Shown: positions 18,289-28,577 of the stretch, piece by piece
How positions within the stretch are numbered: position 1 is the stretch's first letter
How the letters are laid out: every line of letters begins with the position of its first letter
Assembly (NCBI GenBank): GCA_963813335.1
Contig: CAWEYL010000001.1
Coordinates: 864,001 to 928,000, forward strand
Length of the DNA: 64,000 nt
Origin: an uncultured Chloroflexia bacterium
GTDB taxonomy: Bacteria > Chloroflexota > Limnocylindria > Limnocylindrales > CSP1-4
Direction of reading: 5' to 3'
Notes under the pieces: model-generated
Seen by the model: only the letters and a program-made list of their open reading frames with translations
Told to the model about the DNA's origin: nothing
Databases searched by the model: none
Translations under genes and position numbers: made by a program

Positions 18289-19268
18289 TCAGGTCGCGCG
18301 AGCCCGGAGCGCCGCCAGCAGCGCCCGGCCCACGTCGAAGAGGTCCCCGACCACGAACAGATCGGCGAAGTCGGCGATCGGCGCATCCGGGTCGCGGTTG
18401 ACGGCCACGATCGTCCCCGACGTCTGCATCCCGACCTTGTGCTGGATCGCCCCGCTGATCCCCAGCGCGAGGTAGAGCTGCGGCTTGACGATCTTCCCCG
18501 TCTGGCCGATCTGCTGGCCGTACGGGATCCAGCCCGAATCGACGGCCGCGCGGGTCGCGCCGACCGTGCCGCCCAGGGCCGCCGCGAGCTCGCCGACGAG
18601 CGCGAACCCGTCCGCGCCGCCGACCCCACGGCCGCCCGCGACGATGACCTTCGCTTCCTCGATCGGCGCGGCGGCCGCCTCGGCGACGATCCGCTCGACC
18701 ACCGCGGCGGTCGGGCCGTCCGGCGCCGCCGGCGCGGCCGTGGCCTCCACCACGCCGGGCGTCGCCGCCGCCTCGGCGGTCACCACGTTCGGGCGCACGG
18801 TGACGATGCCGCGGCCCGCGGTCAGGACACTCCGCGTCGTGAGCTTGCCGCCGAAGACGCTGTGCTCCGCCTCGGGGCCGCCGTCGGTCCACGAGACCGC
18901 GGTCGCGTTGGCGAGGACGCCGAGACCCGTCAGCGCGGAGACGACGCCGGCGAGGTCGCGCCCCTCGGGCCCCGCTCCGGCGAGCAGGACCAGCGGCTCG
19001 TGCTGGCCCGTCGAGACCGGCCAGGCGGCGCGCCACGATGGTCCCAGCGGCGTTGTCCGCGGTCGCGGACTCCGACGATCGCGATGACCCGCGGCACGTA
19101 GCGCGCGAGCTCTGCGGCCGCGGCTCCAGGCGCGGACCCGACGACGACCCCGGTCACCGGCTCGCCGGACTCGTCGCCCAGCGCCCGCGCGATGGTCGCG
19201 ACCTCGGTGCTGATGCGGGCCAGCGACCCGTCGCCGGCCAGCTCGCCGTGGACCCAGATCCCGCCCAT
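18289..19268 (-). CDS. etfA: Electron transfer flavoprotein alpha subunit (frame breaks near 19020-19080)
   Basis: VAGGRGVG, GATRAAVDSGW and QIGQTGK.V.P.LY.A.GISGAIQH motifs. Confidence 0.92.
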
Positions 19269-20056
19269 CAGATGAGCCGTCGCTCGGCGAGGAACTCGAC
19301 GACCTGGCGGGCGGCCTCGTCGGCCGGCTCGCGAACCACCCTGGTGGCGCCACGCGCCTCCGGGGCCTGCGAGCTGGTCAGCCGCGTCGTCGCGACGCCG
19401 CCGCCCACCGTGGCGGCGTCCAGGCCGATGTCGGCGAGCGCCACGGTCGTGATCTCCTTCGAGCGCGCGGCCATGATCCCCTTGAGCGACGGGTAGCGCG
19501 GCTCGCCGAGCGCCTGCGTGCAGCTGATCAGCGCCGGCATCGGCGCCTCGAGGACGTCGTAGCCCGACGGCGTGATCCGCCGCACCCGGACCGAGCCCGC
19601 GACGGGGTCCGGCTCGATGGTCGCCGCGTACGACAGCAGCGGCAGCCCGGCGAGCACGGCCACGCCCGGCGCGACGACCCCGGCGCCGCCGTCGGACGTG
19701 TCGACGCCGGCCAGCACGAGGTCGAACGTCATGGTCGCGAGGGCCGCCGCGAGCACGCGCGTGGTCGAGACCGTGCAGGAGCCCTCCAGCGCCGGGTCGT
19801 TGACCAGCCGGCCGGCCGCGGCGCCCATCGCGAGGGCCTTGCGCATGGTCTCGGGCGCGCTGGCAGGCGCCATCGACAGGAGCGTGACCTCGCCGCCGTG
19901 GGCCTCGGTCAGCTTGAGCGCCGCTTCGAGCGCGTATTCATCGTTGCCGTTGACGACCGCGGGCACGACGCCGCGATCCAACCGGCCGTCCGGACCCAGC
20001 CGCTCGCCCGCTGACGCGGGGTCCGGGACCGGTTTCATGAGCACGACGATGTGCAA
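19268..20056 (-). CDS. etfB: Electron transfer flavoprotein beta subunit
   Basis: IVVLMKPVPD, DEYALEAAL, ALAMGA and EPRYPSLKGIMAA motifs. Confidence 0.93.
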   Translation of the reverse strand: MHIVVLMKPVPDPASAGERLGPDGRLDRGVVPAVVNGNDEYALEAALKLTEAHGGEVTLLSMAPASAPETMRKALAMGAAAGRLVNDPALEGSCTVSTTRVLAAALATMTFDLVLAGVDTSDGGAGVVAPGVAVLAGLPLLSYAATIEPDPVAGSVRVRRITPSGYDVLEAPMPALISCTQALGEPRYPSLKGIMAARSKEITTVALADIGLDAATVGGGVATTRLTSSQAPEARGATRVVREPADEAARQVVEFLAERRLI

Positions 20057-20080
20057 CGGGACGTGAACCTCCCTGCGCGG

Positions 20081-21256
20081 TCAGCCGCTCTTGCCGAGCA
20101 GCGCGCGCGCCAGGACCAGTCGCTGGATCTGCTGGGTCCCTTCATAGAGCTGGGTGATCTTCGCGTCGCGCATCATCCGCTCGACAGGGAACTCGTCGAT
20201 ATAGCCGTATCCGCCCATGACCTGCACGGCATCGGTCGTGACCCGCATGGCGGCGTCCCCGGCGACGAGTTTACACATGGCCGCCCAGCGCCCGGCATCG
20301 GGCGCTCCGGCGTCGATCTCGGTGCAGGCCTTGTACAGCAGCTGCCGGGCAGCCTCGGTGGCCGCGTCCATATCCGCGAGCATCGCCGACACCATCTGGA
20401 AGTCGCCGATGCGCTGGCCGAACTGCTTGCGCTCCTTGGCGTACGCCGTCGCGACCTCGAGGGCGCCCTGGGCGATGCCCACGGCCTGCGCGGCGATGCC
20501 CGGGCGGCTGCGCTCGAACGTCTGCATGGCGATCTCGAACCCGTCGCCCTCCTCGCCGATGCGGTTCGACGCCGGGATGCGCACGCCATCGAAGGCGAGC
20601 TCGGCGGTCGGGCTGCCGCGCAGGCCCATCTTGTGCTCCAGCCGGGCCACGCTGAACCCCTCGGTCGGCACCTCGACGACGAACGCGGTCAGGCGGCGGT
20701 GCTTCGGGGCGCTCGGGTCGGTGACCGCGAAGACCGTGACGAGGTTCGCCACCGAGCCCTGGCTGATGAACCGCTTCGAGCCGGTCAGGACGTACTCGTC
20801 GCCATCGCGGACGGCGCGCGTCCTGGCGGCGGCGGCATCGGAGCCGGCCTCCGCCTCGGTCAGGGCGAAGGCGATCAGGTGCTCGCCGCTGGCGAGCTTC
20901 GGGAGCCAGCGGGCCTGCTGCTCGGGCGTCCCGCGGTGGACGATCGGCAGCGAGGCCAGCTCCTGGACCGCGAGGATCAGGCCGGTCGTGGCGCAGGCGC
21001 GGCTGAGCTGCTCGATGACGAGGCAGACGCTCAGGAGGTCGCCACCGAGACCGCCGTGCTCGACGGGGAACGGCAGCGCCAGGATGTCCTGCTTCGCCAG
21101 GAGCTCCTTGATGTCCCACGGGAACTCGGCCGTGCGGTCGATCTCGGCCGCGCGCGGCGCCACCTGCTCGTCCGCCAGCACGCGAACGGCGTCGCGCAGG
21201 TCGCGCTGGGCCTCGGTCAGGCGGTAGGCGGGGCTCGGGTCGGTCGGAATGGTCAC
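20081..21256 (-). CDS. Acyl-CoA dehydrogenase
   Basis: FALTEAEAGSD, KMGLRGS, RKQFG and GGYGY..EFPVER..RDAKITQLYEGT motifs; GTG start 7 nt after TACGAT. Confidence 0.95.
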   Translation of the reverse strand: MTIPTDPSPAYRLTEAQRDLRDAVRVLADEQVAPRAAEIDRTAEFPWDIKELLAKQDILALPFPVEHGGLGGDLLSVCLVIEQLSRACATTGLILAVQELASLPIVHRGTPEQQARWLPKLASGEHLIAFALTEAEAGSDAAAARTRAVRDGDEYVLTGSKRFISQGSVANLVTVFAVTDPSAPKHRRLTAFVVEVPTEGFSVARLEHKMGLRGSPTAELAFDGVRIPASNRIGEEGDGFEIAMQTFERSRPGIAAQAVGIAQGALEVATAYAKERKQFGQRIGDFQMVSAMLADMDAATEAARQLLYKACTEIDAGAPDAGRWAAMCKLVAGDAAMRVTTDAVQVMGGYGYIDEFPVERMMRDAKITQLYEGTQQIQRLVLARALLGKSG

Positions 21257-21426
21257 CGACAGCATCGTACCGGCCGCGGAGCCCGTCGGCGCCGCCGCTG
21301 GGCGACGCGCCCCGCGTCAAAACGAGGCGGTCCGGTGCGGTCCAGGGCCGTTGGCGGCGGCGCGATCCAGGGCTACGCTGTCTGACAGGCGCGAGACGGG
21401 ACATCCGCGCCGGATCGGGGACGACG

Positions 21427-21648
21427 ATGGACGAGACGACGGGCCTGATCATGCTGATGGCGGCCGCCGGGGTCGGGGCGATGGCCACGCTCGCGATGCT
21501 GCGCCGGCAACGGATGCAGATGGCTGGGCCGCACGAGAGCCAGTACGCGGTGAGCACTGAGGGGATGAAACGCTGCCCGGCGTGCAATACGGGCAACCTC
21601 GTGACCGACGCGAACTGCTCCAACTGCGGGAAGCACCTCCCGGGCTGA
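21427..21648 (+). CDS. Small TM + double zinc-ribbon protein
   Basis: N-terminal hydrophobic helix; CPAC...CSNCG. Confidence 0.65.
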   Translation: MDETTGLIMLMAAAGVGAMATLAMLRRQRMQMAGPHESQYAVSTEGMKRCPACNTGNLVTDANCSNCGKHLPG

Positions 21649-21669
21649 TCCCGGGGTCGGAGACCGGCC

Positions 21670-23793
21670 TCAGAGGACCGCCAGGCGACGGTCCTCCGGT
21701 ACGGCCGCGAGCCGGGCGGCCAGGACCTCGCTGATGTCCATCGAGGCAACCGTGCCGGCGCCCGGCGACGCCGCGATGCCGTCGGACAGCATGACCATGC
21801 AGAACGGGCAGGCGGTCGCGACGGTCGCGGCGCCGGTCTCGAGCACCTGCCGGGTCCGCTCGGCGTTGATGCGCGTCCCGCGGTCCTCCTCCATCCACAT
21901 CCGACCGCCACCGGCCCCGCAGCAGAAGGTCGCGCGCCCGGACTTCTCCATCTCGGTGACGGCGATGCCGGCCGCACCGAGCACGTCCCGCGGCGCGGAC
22001 ACCACCCCGTTGTAGCGGGCGAGGTAGCACGAGTCGTGGACGGTGACGCTGCCCGGCCGGTGCTCGCCGCTCGACGCCTGGGCGTCCTCCGGCATCGTCT
22101 GCAGCCGCCCGGATGCCAGCAGCTCCGCGAGGTACGTCGAGTGGTGGACGATCCGGTACGAGCCGCCCAGCTGGCCGTACTCGTTGCCGATCGTGTTGAA
22201 GCAGTGCGGACAGGCGGTGACGATCGTCCGCTGTCCCATCCCGTATCGGTCGAGCGTCGCGACATTGCCCGACGCGAGGATCTGGAAGACGTAGTCGTTG
22301 CCCATCCGCCGGGCCGGGTCGCCGGTGCACGACTCCTCCTGCCCGAGCACGGCGAACGACACGCCCGCCGCGTGCAGGCAGGTCGCGACCGCGCGCGCCA
22401 CCTTCTGGTTGCGCGGGTCGAAGGCCGCCGCACAGCCCACCCAGTAGAGGACCTCGAGCTCGTCGAGCCGACCCGCTGCTGACACCGCCGCGACCGTCGC
22501 GACCTCGAACTCGAGCGGCTTGGCCCAGTCCAGCCGCGCCGAGGCGGGCTGGCCCCACGGGTTGCCCTGGTTCTCCATGGCCCGGAAGGCGCCGGTCAGC
22601 TCCGTCGGGAAGCGGGCGTCCTCGAGGACCAGGTTGCGGCGGAGCCCGACGATCTTGTCGACGTGCTCGATGAGGACCGGGCAGGCCTCGACGCAGGCCC
22701 CGCAGGTGACGCAGTCCCACACCGCGTCGTAGGGGATGGCGGTGTCGACGATGGCGGTCGCGAGGGCCGCCGTGCCGACCGTGGTGTCGTCGAGGCCGTA
22801 GGTCTCGCGCACGATCGGTGAGTTCGGGATGATGTCGATCCCGTGCTCGGCATCGACCGACATCTCGCGGATGCCCATGATGAAGTGCTTGGGGTTCAGC
22901 GGCTTCCCGGTGTTCCAGGCGGGGCACGCCTCCTGGCAGCGGCCGCATTCCGTGCAGGTGAAGCCGTCCAGCAGGTCCTTCCAGCCGAGGTCCTGGAGCG
23001 TCCGCAACCCGAACGCGGCGTCCTCGGCCTCGAGGTCGAGGGCCGGCAGCTCGCCCCGCGGCCGGAGCTTGCGGTACCAGATGTTCGGGAAGGCCGTCGC
23101 GATGTGGAGGTGCTTGCTGAACGGCAGGTAGCAGAAGAACGCCGCCACCAGCGCGATGTGGCCCCACCAGAGCAGCGCGAACAGCGCCTCGAGGACGGCC
23201 GCCGGGAGGGCACGCAGCGGGACCGCCAGGGCCGCCGCCACGAAGGCGCCCGGCTGGTCGCCGTAGCGGGCGAACTCCACTGCCTGGGCAAGGAGCTCGG
23301 TGGCGACCACGCCGCCGATCATCGCCAGGATCACGAGCGCGTCGCGGTTGAGGGTCAGGCGGGCCGGCTTCGTCACCAGCCGGCGCACGAAGGCCCAGCC
23401 GATGGCCGCGAGCACGATGACCGCGACCACGTTCTGCATCGCGCTGACCGCGGTCCAGAGGGCCCCGTCGAACGGGATCGAGACGACCGCCTGGATGATC
23501 CCGCCGGTGACGATGTTCGCCGTCCCGATGGTCAGCAGGATGAAGCCCCAGAAGATGCCGGCGTGCATCACGCCGGCGCGGGGGTCCTTGAACATCTTCG
23601 TCTGGACGAAGGCGTAGCGGACCAGGCCGGCGAAGCGCAGCGGGATGTCCGCGAATGGGCTGGGGCCGGCGGCGCGCACCGCGGCGAAGACCCGCAGATG
23701 GCGGGCCATCGCCAGCACGAAGAACGCCGCCGCGCCCCAGAACACCGGGAAGACCAGCGGGTAGGCCGGGACCTCGGCGAACGTCTCGAGCAC
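21670..23793 (-). CDS. FadF/HdrD-like membrane Fe-S oxidoreductase (ETF:quinone oxidoreductase candidate)
   Basis: NarI-like TM domain, CTECGRCQEACP and CVTCGACVEACP ferredoxin motifs, two CCG domains (TACPHC, CCGAGGG, TACPFC). Confidence 0.9.
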   Translation of the reverse strand: MLETFAEVPAYPLVFPVFWGAAAFFVLAMARHLRVFAAVRAAGPSPFADIPLRFAGLVRYAFVQTKMFKDPRAGVMHAGIFWGFILLTIGTANIVTGGIIQAVVSIPFDGALWTAVSAMQNVVAVIVLAAIGWAFVRRLVTKPARLTLNRDALVILAMIGGVVATELLAQAVEFARYGDQPGAFVAAALAVPLRALPAAVLEALFALLWWGHIALVAAFFCYLPFSKHLHIATAFPNIWYRKLRPRGELPALDLEAEDAAFGLRTLQDLGWKDLLDGFTCTECGRCQEACPAWNTGKPLNPKHFIMGIREMSVDAEHGIDIIPNSPIVRETYGLDDTTVGTAALATAIVDTAIPYDAVWDCVTCGACVEACPVLIEHVDKIVGLRRNLVLEDARFPTELTGAFRAMENQGNPWGQPASARLDWAKPLEFEVATVAAVSAAGRLDELEVLYWVGCAAAFDPRNQKVARAVATCLHAAGVSFAVLGQEESCTGDPARRMGNDYVFQILASGNVATLDRYGMGQRTIVTACPHCFNTIGNEYGQLGGSYRIVHHSTYLAELLASGRLQTMPEDAQASSGEHRPGSVTVHDSCYLARYNGVVSAPRDVLGAAGIAVTEMEKSGRATFCCGAGGGRMWMEEDRGTRINAERTRQVLETGAATVATACPFCMVMLSDGIAASPGAGTVASMDISEVLAARLAAVPEDRRLAVL

Positions 23794-23798
23794 GGCCG

Positions 23799-24282
23799 TC
23801 AGCCGCCGCGGCCGTGGTCGAACGGGCCGGCGAGCGTCTCGAGCGCGTGGTCGAGCACCGGCTCCACGGCCCCGAACGACTCGATGGCCCCCTTCGGGCT
23901 GCCGGGGACGTTGACGACGAGCGTCCGGCCGATGACGCCGACGAGCCCGCGCGACAGGTCGGCCAGCGGCGTGATCGGCGCGGCCCGCCGCGCGGATCGC
24001 CTCCGCGAGCCCCGGGACCTCGTAGTCGATGGCCCTGGCGGTCGCCTGCGGCGTCACGTCCCGCGGCGTCAGCCCCGTCCCGCCGGTGGTGACGATGAGG
24101 TGGTGCGACGGGGCGCCGTCCCCGAGCGCGCGCTCGATGGCCGCGGCATCATCGGGCACCAGCCCGCGGTCGACCTCGAAGCCGAGTGCCGCCAGCCGCT
24201 CTGCGAGTGCCGCGCCGGACCCGTCCTCGCGAACGCCGGCCGAGACCCCGTCGCTGACCGTGAGGACGAGTGCCCGCCTCAT
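23799..24282 (-). CDS. mog: MogA/MoaB molybdopterin adenylyltransferase (frame break near 23985)
   Basis: VLTVSD...REDGSG, TTGGTGLTPRDVTP.AT and NVPGSPK motifs. Confidence 0.88.
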
Positions 24283-24918
24283 CCGCCGCGGGGACGCCGG
24301 CTCGGCGCCTTCGGCTTGCCCGAGGCCTTGGGCCGCCCGTGCGACCCGGGGTTGATGCGACCCGCCGACCGGTCGCCGGGCTGGCGGACCGCTGACGCTG
24401 CGGCGGACCCGGCGGGACGCATCCACTCGCCGCTCTTGCCGCCGGTCTTGCTGAGCGAGGTGGATCGCGCCGATCTCGACGCCACGCTCGACGCCCTTGA
24501 CCATGTCGTAGACGGTCAGCGCGGCCACGGACGCGGCGGTCATCGCCTCCATCTCGACGCCGGTCTGGCCGGTCGTGGCGGCCTCGGCGCGGATGCGCAG
24601 CACCCCGGCCCCGCGGTCCGGCGTGATCGAGACCTGGAGGTCGGTCAGGGCCAGCGGATGGCAGAGCGGGATCAGCTCGCTCGTGCGCTTGGCGCCCATC
24701 ACGCCGGCGAGCTCGGCGACCCCGAGCACGTCGCCCTTGGCGCCGCCGCCATCGATGACGAGGCTCATCGTCTCCGGCGAGAGCGCGACCGTGGCCTCGG
24801 CGACCGCGCGGCGGGCGGTGACGGGCTTGGCCGAGACGTCGACCATGCGCGGTCGGCCGGTCCGGTCGACGTGGGAGAGGCGCCGGCGCTCGAAGCGCGG
24901 GGCGGGCTTCTGGTCCAT
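24279..24918 (-). CDS. moaC: Cyclic pyranopterin monophosphate synthase MoaC (frame break near 24460)
   Basis: LSHVD..G.PRMVDVS.K, KGDVL, LIPLCHP, TGVEMEA, YDMVK, KTGGKSG. Confidence 0.93.
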
Positions 24919-24941
24919 GCCGTCGAGGATAGCGGCCGCGG

Positions 24942-26285
24942 TCAGGCCCGGTCGAGCCACCACAGCTCGACCTCGGCGCCCACGGGCAGCTGGTCGTGGG
25001 CCTCCGGGATCACCGCCAGCGCGTCCGCGGCGGCCAGCGCCGAGATGACGTGGCTCCCCTGCCCGCCCGCCAGGCGGACCGGCACGCGCCCCTGCGCGTC
25101 GCGCACCGGCGTGCCCGAGGCGTCGCGCTCGGCGATCACCCGCTGGTAGCCGCGCCGACCGGGGCTCTTGCTGACGGCGTCGACGAGGACGGCCCGGTCG
25201 ACCGGCCGGTGCAGGTCGTCGTCGCGATGGCCCCCGAGCCGGCGGAGCGCCGGCCGCACGAATAGCTCGAAGGTGACGAAGGTCGAGACGGGGTTGCCGG
25301 GCAGGCCGAAGAGCAGCACCGACGAGCCCGAGTCCGTCGCGGTCGCGGTCGCGGTCCCGAAGGCGAACGGCTTGCCCGGCTGGACCGCCACCCGCCAGAG
25401 GTCGATCGACCCGATCTCCTCGATCGCGCTGCGCACCACGTCATATGGCCCCACGGAGACGCCGCCCGACAGGATGACGGCATCGACGCCGGCAGCGAGG
25501 CCGGCTTGCAGCCGTGCGCGCACGTCCTCGAGCCGGTCGAGCGCGATCCCGAGGCGGATCGCCTCGGCCCCCGTGGCCTCGACGAGGGCGGCGAGGCCGG
25601 GGCCGTTCGCGTCGGGGATGCCGGCCGGGCCGAGCGGCTCGCCAGGCGATCGCACCTCGTCGCCGGTGGCCAGGATCGCGACCCGCGGCCGGCGGTAGAC
25701 CGCGACGCGGTCCAGCCCGGCCCCAGCCAGGAGCGAGACCACCGCCGGCGTCACGACCGCGCCGGGACCGACGAGCGCCGCGCCCTCCGTGAGGTCGCCC
25801 CCGGCCCGCCGGATCGAGCCGCCTGGCCTGACCGCCTCGTGGACGAGGCACGCGGCCGGCAGCGGACCCGTGGCGTCGCGGCCGCGCGGACCGGCGCTCC
25901 CCGCCGCGTCGATCGGCGTCGTCGCCTCGACGGGCACCACCGCGTCGGCACCGGCCGGGACCGGGGCGCCTGTCGCGATGCGGACCGCCGTGCCCGCGCG
26001 GACCTCGGTGCCCGCCGGATCGCCGCCCGCGCGGACCTCGCCGACGACCTCGAGCCGGACCGGGGCGTCGTCGCCCGCTCCGGCGACATCCGCGGCCCGG
26101 ATCGCGTACCCGTCCATCGCCGAGTTGTCCCACGGCGGCAAGGCGGTCCGGCTGTGCGCCGTCACGGCCACGATCCGTCCCAGCGCGTCGGCAAGCGGGA
26201 CCGTCTCGGAGCCGACCGGGCCGGCGATGGCCGCCAGGACGCGGCCGAGCGCCTCCTCGACCGGGAGCAGCCGGTCGGCGGTCAT
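24942..26285 (-). CDS. moeA: Molybdopterin molybdotransferase MoeA
   Basis: PPWDNSAMDGYA, RIATGAPVP.GADAVV, TGDE, SGGVSVG..D, QPGKP and GLPGNPVS motifs. Confidence 0.95.
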   Translation of the reverse strand: MTADRLLPVEEALGRVLAAIAGPVGSETVPLADALGRIVAVTAHSRTALPPWDNSAMDGYAIRAADVAGAGDDAPVRLEVVGEVRAGGDPAGTEVRAGTAVRIATGAPVPAGADAVVPVEATTPIDAAGSAGPRGRDATGPLPAACLVHEAVRPGGSIRRAGGDLTEGAALVGPGAVVTPAVVSLLAGAGLDRVAVYRRPRVAILATGDEVRSPGEPLGPAGIPDANGPGLAALVEATGAEAIRLGIALDRLEDVRARLQAGLAAGVDAVILSGGVSVGPYDVVRSAIEEIGSIDLWRVAVQPGKPFAFGTATATATDSGSSVLLFGLPGNPVSTFVTFELFVRPALRRLGGHRDDDLHRPVDRAVLVDAVSKSPGRRGYQRVIAERDASGTPVRDAQGRVPVRLAGGQGSHVISALAAADALAVIPEAHDQLPVGAEVELWWLDRA

Positions 26286-26992
26286 CGGGCGGTCGCGCCA
26301 CCGGTCGTCGGCGCGGTCGCCGCGACCGCGCCGTCGGTCTCGTCGTCGTCCGCCTTCGTGTCGGCGACCCAGGCGACCAGCAGCGCAAGGACGATGGCGG
26401 CGACCCCGAGCACGATCGCGGTCTCCTGCCAGAACTGGAACGGGAAGAGCTGGACCAGCCGCTCCGTCGCCGGGTCGAAGGTGTACGAGCCCCCGGCGAA
26501 GAAGAGCTCGTGGAAGACCTCGAAGAGCGTGTCGAAGGCCACGAACGACACGAGCCCCAGGGTGACCAGCGTGGCGATCAGCCCGACCGCGCCGCCCCAG
26601 ACCGCCCGCCACGAGGCGGCGCGCGCCGCTCCACGACGGCGTGCCGCGATGACGAGCGCGACGACCCCGAGGACCACGGCGAGGGCGAAGAAGCCGATGA
26701 AGACGCCGCGGACGTCGCGCATGTGCTGGCGTTCCTTCTCGTCGAGCACCGGCGTGCCGGCGACGGACACCGCGAAGTCCGGCGGACCGATGACCAGGTC
26801 GCTCAGGATGCTGCCCGTGGCGGCGCCAAGGTCGGTCTCGCTGAAGCCCGTCCAGGCGGCCGCCTCGGCACGACCCTGCTCGAACGACACCCACAGCGGG
26901 TTCAGGAACAGCGGGATCGTGACGGCGATGATCACGAACGCGGTCGCCACGGCGATGAGGAGATCGGCGGCGCGGCCGGCGAGGCGGTTCAC
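26282..26992 (-). CDS. DUF1461 (TIGR01906-like) integral membrane protein
   Basis: E..HM.DVR.VF and FDTLFEVFHELFF....Y.F.P....L..LFP..FW motifs. Confidence 0.8.
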   Translation of the reverse strand: MNRLAGRAADLLIAVATAFVIIAVTIPLFLNPLWVSFEQGRAEAAAWTGFSETDLGAATGSILSDLVIGPPDFAVSVAGTPVLDEKERQHMRDVRGVFIGFFALAVVLGVVALVIAARRRGAARAASWRAVWGGAVGLIATLVTLGLVSFVAFDTLFEVFHELFFAGGSYTFDPATERLVQLFPFQFWQETAIVLGVAAIVLALLVAWVADTKADDDETDGAVAATAPTTGGATAR

Positions 26993-27042
26993 GGCTGCAT
27001 CGTAGCGGCTCGGGCCCGAGACCCCGGCCGGCGCTGGATCGC

Positions 27043-27433
27043 CTATTCGTCCTCGAGGGTCTTCGCCTGGTCCCACCAGCCCTCGATCGTGAGGTCGGTG
27101 GGCGGGTCGAGCTCGAGCTCCTTCGCGCCCTGGCGGATCCGCGCACCGAAGTCGTCGAGCGGCAGCTCGAGGATGTCGTGCAGCCCCTCGATCCGGGCCT
27201 GGATCATCATGAAGTGCTCGTCGGGGCCGAAGCTCGCGAGGTTCAGCATCAGGGCCTCGTCGCGCCACATCAGGACGTCGTTCGTGGTCGGCGCCGACCT
27301 GGTCGGCGAGCGTCTGGCGGCGGGTCGGGGTCTCCGATACCTCGAGGAGCAGGCCGGTGGTGAAGATCCCCTGGTGGTCGAGTCGGTCGAGGTGGACCGG
27401 CTCGATGCGCGTCAGCTCGTCGATGGGTGGCAT
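27043..27433 (-). CDS. DUF4332-like helix-hairpin-helix protein (frame break near 27290)
   Basis: IDELTRI....LDRL...GI.TT..LL.......RR..LA.. and C-terminal P....IE.W..QAK.L pattern. Confidence 0.6.
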
Positions 27434-27499
27434 GGCACGGATGATGCCACGGGCCGATGGGTCCCCGCCCGACGACCGTCCGGGCGTGGCGACGGATCC

Positions 27500-27516
27500 T
27501 CTCAGCCGGTTCTCAG
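27500..27516 (+). promoter_or_regulatory. OmpR/PhoB-family (MprA-type) direct-repeat operator
   Basis: TCTCAG-CCGGT-TCTCAG (11-bp period), with TACCGT -10-like element at 27528, upstream of the dioxygenase. Confidence 0.55.
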
Positions 27517-27572
27517 GCGGCGCGGCATACCGTGGGCCGCAGCAGCCACGACCACGGACGAAGGACCACGCC

Positions 27573-28444
27573 ATGACCGACCTGATCGACCGCCCGTTCC
27601 TCTACCAGGAGCCCCCCGACGACCAGCCCGACGAGACCGATCGCGGCCTCGTCTACGACCTGGGCACGCTGGACCGCCGGCGGATGCTCCAGCTGCTCGG
27701 CTTCGGGGGCATCTCGGCGGGCATGTTCGTCATCGCCGGCTGCACGCCGGGTGCAGGCGCGTCACCGTCCGCGAGCCCCAGCGCGGCGGCGAGTGCCGCT
27801 GCGGGCGCCAGCCTGCGCGGTGATCCCCGAGGAGACCGCCGGCCCCTTCCCGGGCGACGGCTCGAACGGCCCGGACGTGCTCAACCAGAGCGGGGTCGTG
27901 CGCAAGGACATCCGCTCGAGCTTCGGCTCGTCGACGACCACCGCGCAGGGCGTGCCGCTGACCATCCAGCTGACGATCCAGGACGCCGGCGACTGCGCCC
28001 CGATCGCCGGCGCGGCCGTCTACCTGTGGCACTGCGACCGGGACGGCAACTACTCGCTCTACTCCCAGGCGGCCGCGAACGAGAACTACCTGCGCGGCGT
28101 CCAGGAGGCCGACGCCAACGGCGTCGTGACCTTCGAGAGCATCTTCCCCGCGTGCTACTCGGGACGCTGGCCGCACGTCCACTTCGAGGTCTATCCGAGC
28201 CTCGACATGGCGACCAACGAGCACGAACAAGATCGCGACCTCGCAGATCGCGTTGCCGAAGGACATCTGCGACCAGGTCTACGCCACCGACGGCTACGGC
28301 CAGAGCGTGCAGACCCTGAGCCAGGTGTCGCTGACGACCGACATGGTCTTCCGCGACGACGGCGCCGCCCACCAGCTCGGGACGATCTCAGGCACGGTCG
28401 CCGACGGGCTCCAGGTCGCCCTGACGGTCCCGGTCGGGGCCTAG
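27573..28444 (+). CDS. Tat-exported intradiol ring-cleavage dioxygenase-family protein (frame breaks near 27810 and 28225)
   Basis: DRRRMLQLLG Tat signal; IPEETAGPFPGDGSNG, WHCD..G.YS.Y, YLRGVQ and Y.GRWPH.HFEV motifs. Confidence 0.85.
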
Positions 28445-28577
28445 TCGCTCGGTCGGGTCGGTCCTCGGGTCGGTCGCGCCGATGCCTCGCGGGCTTGTCG
28501 TCGCATCTCGATCCGCGCCGCGCACTACGATGCCGACCTCACTTCGCGACCCGCCCGGTCGTCGTCTGGAGGCTGCC

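Noticed and set aside
21670-24963. Apparent 1097-aa MoaC-Mog-FadF fusion
   Set aside because: MoaC and Mog each have their native C-terminus and stop in another frame (KTGGKSG...*; NVPGSPK...*). The read-through comes from single-base indels.
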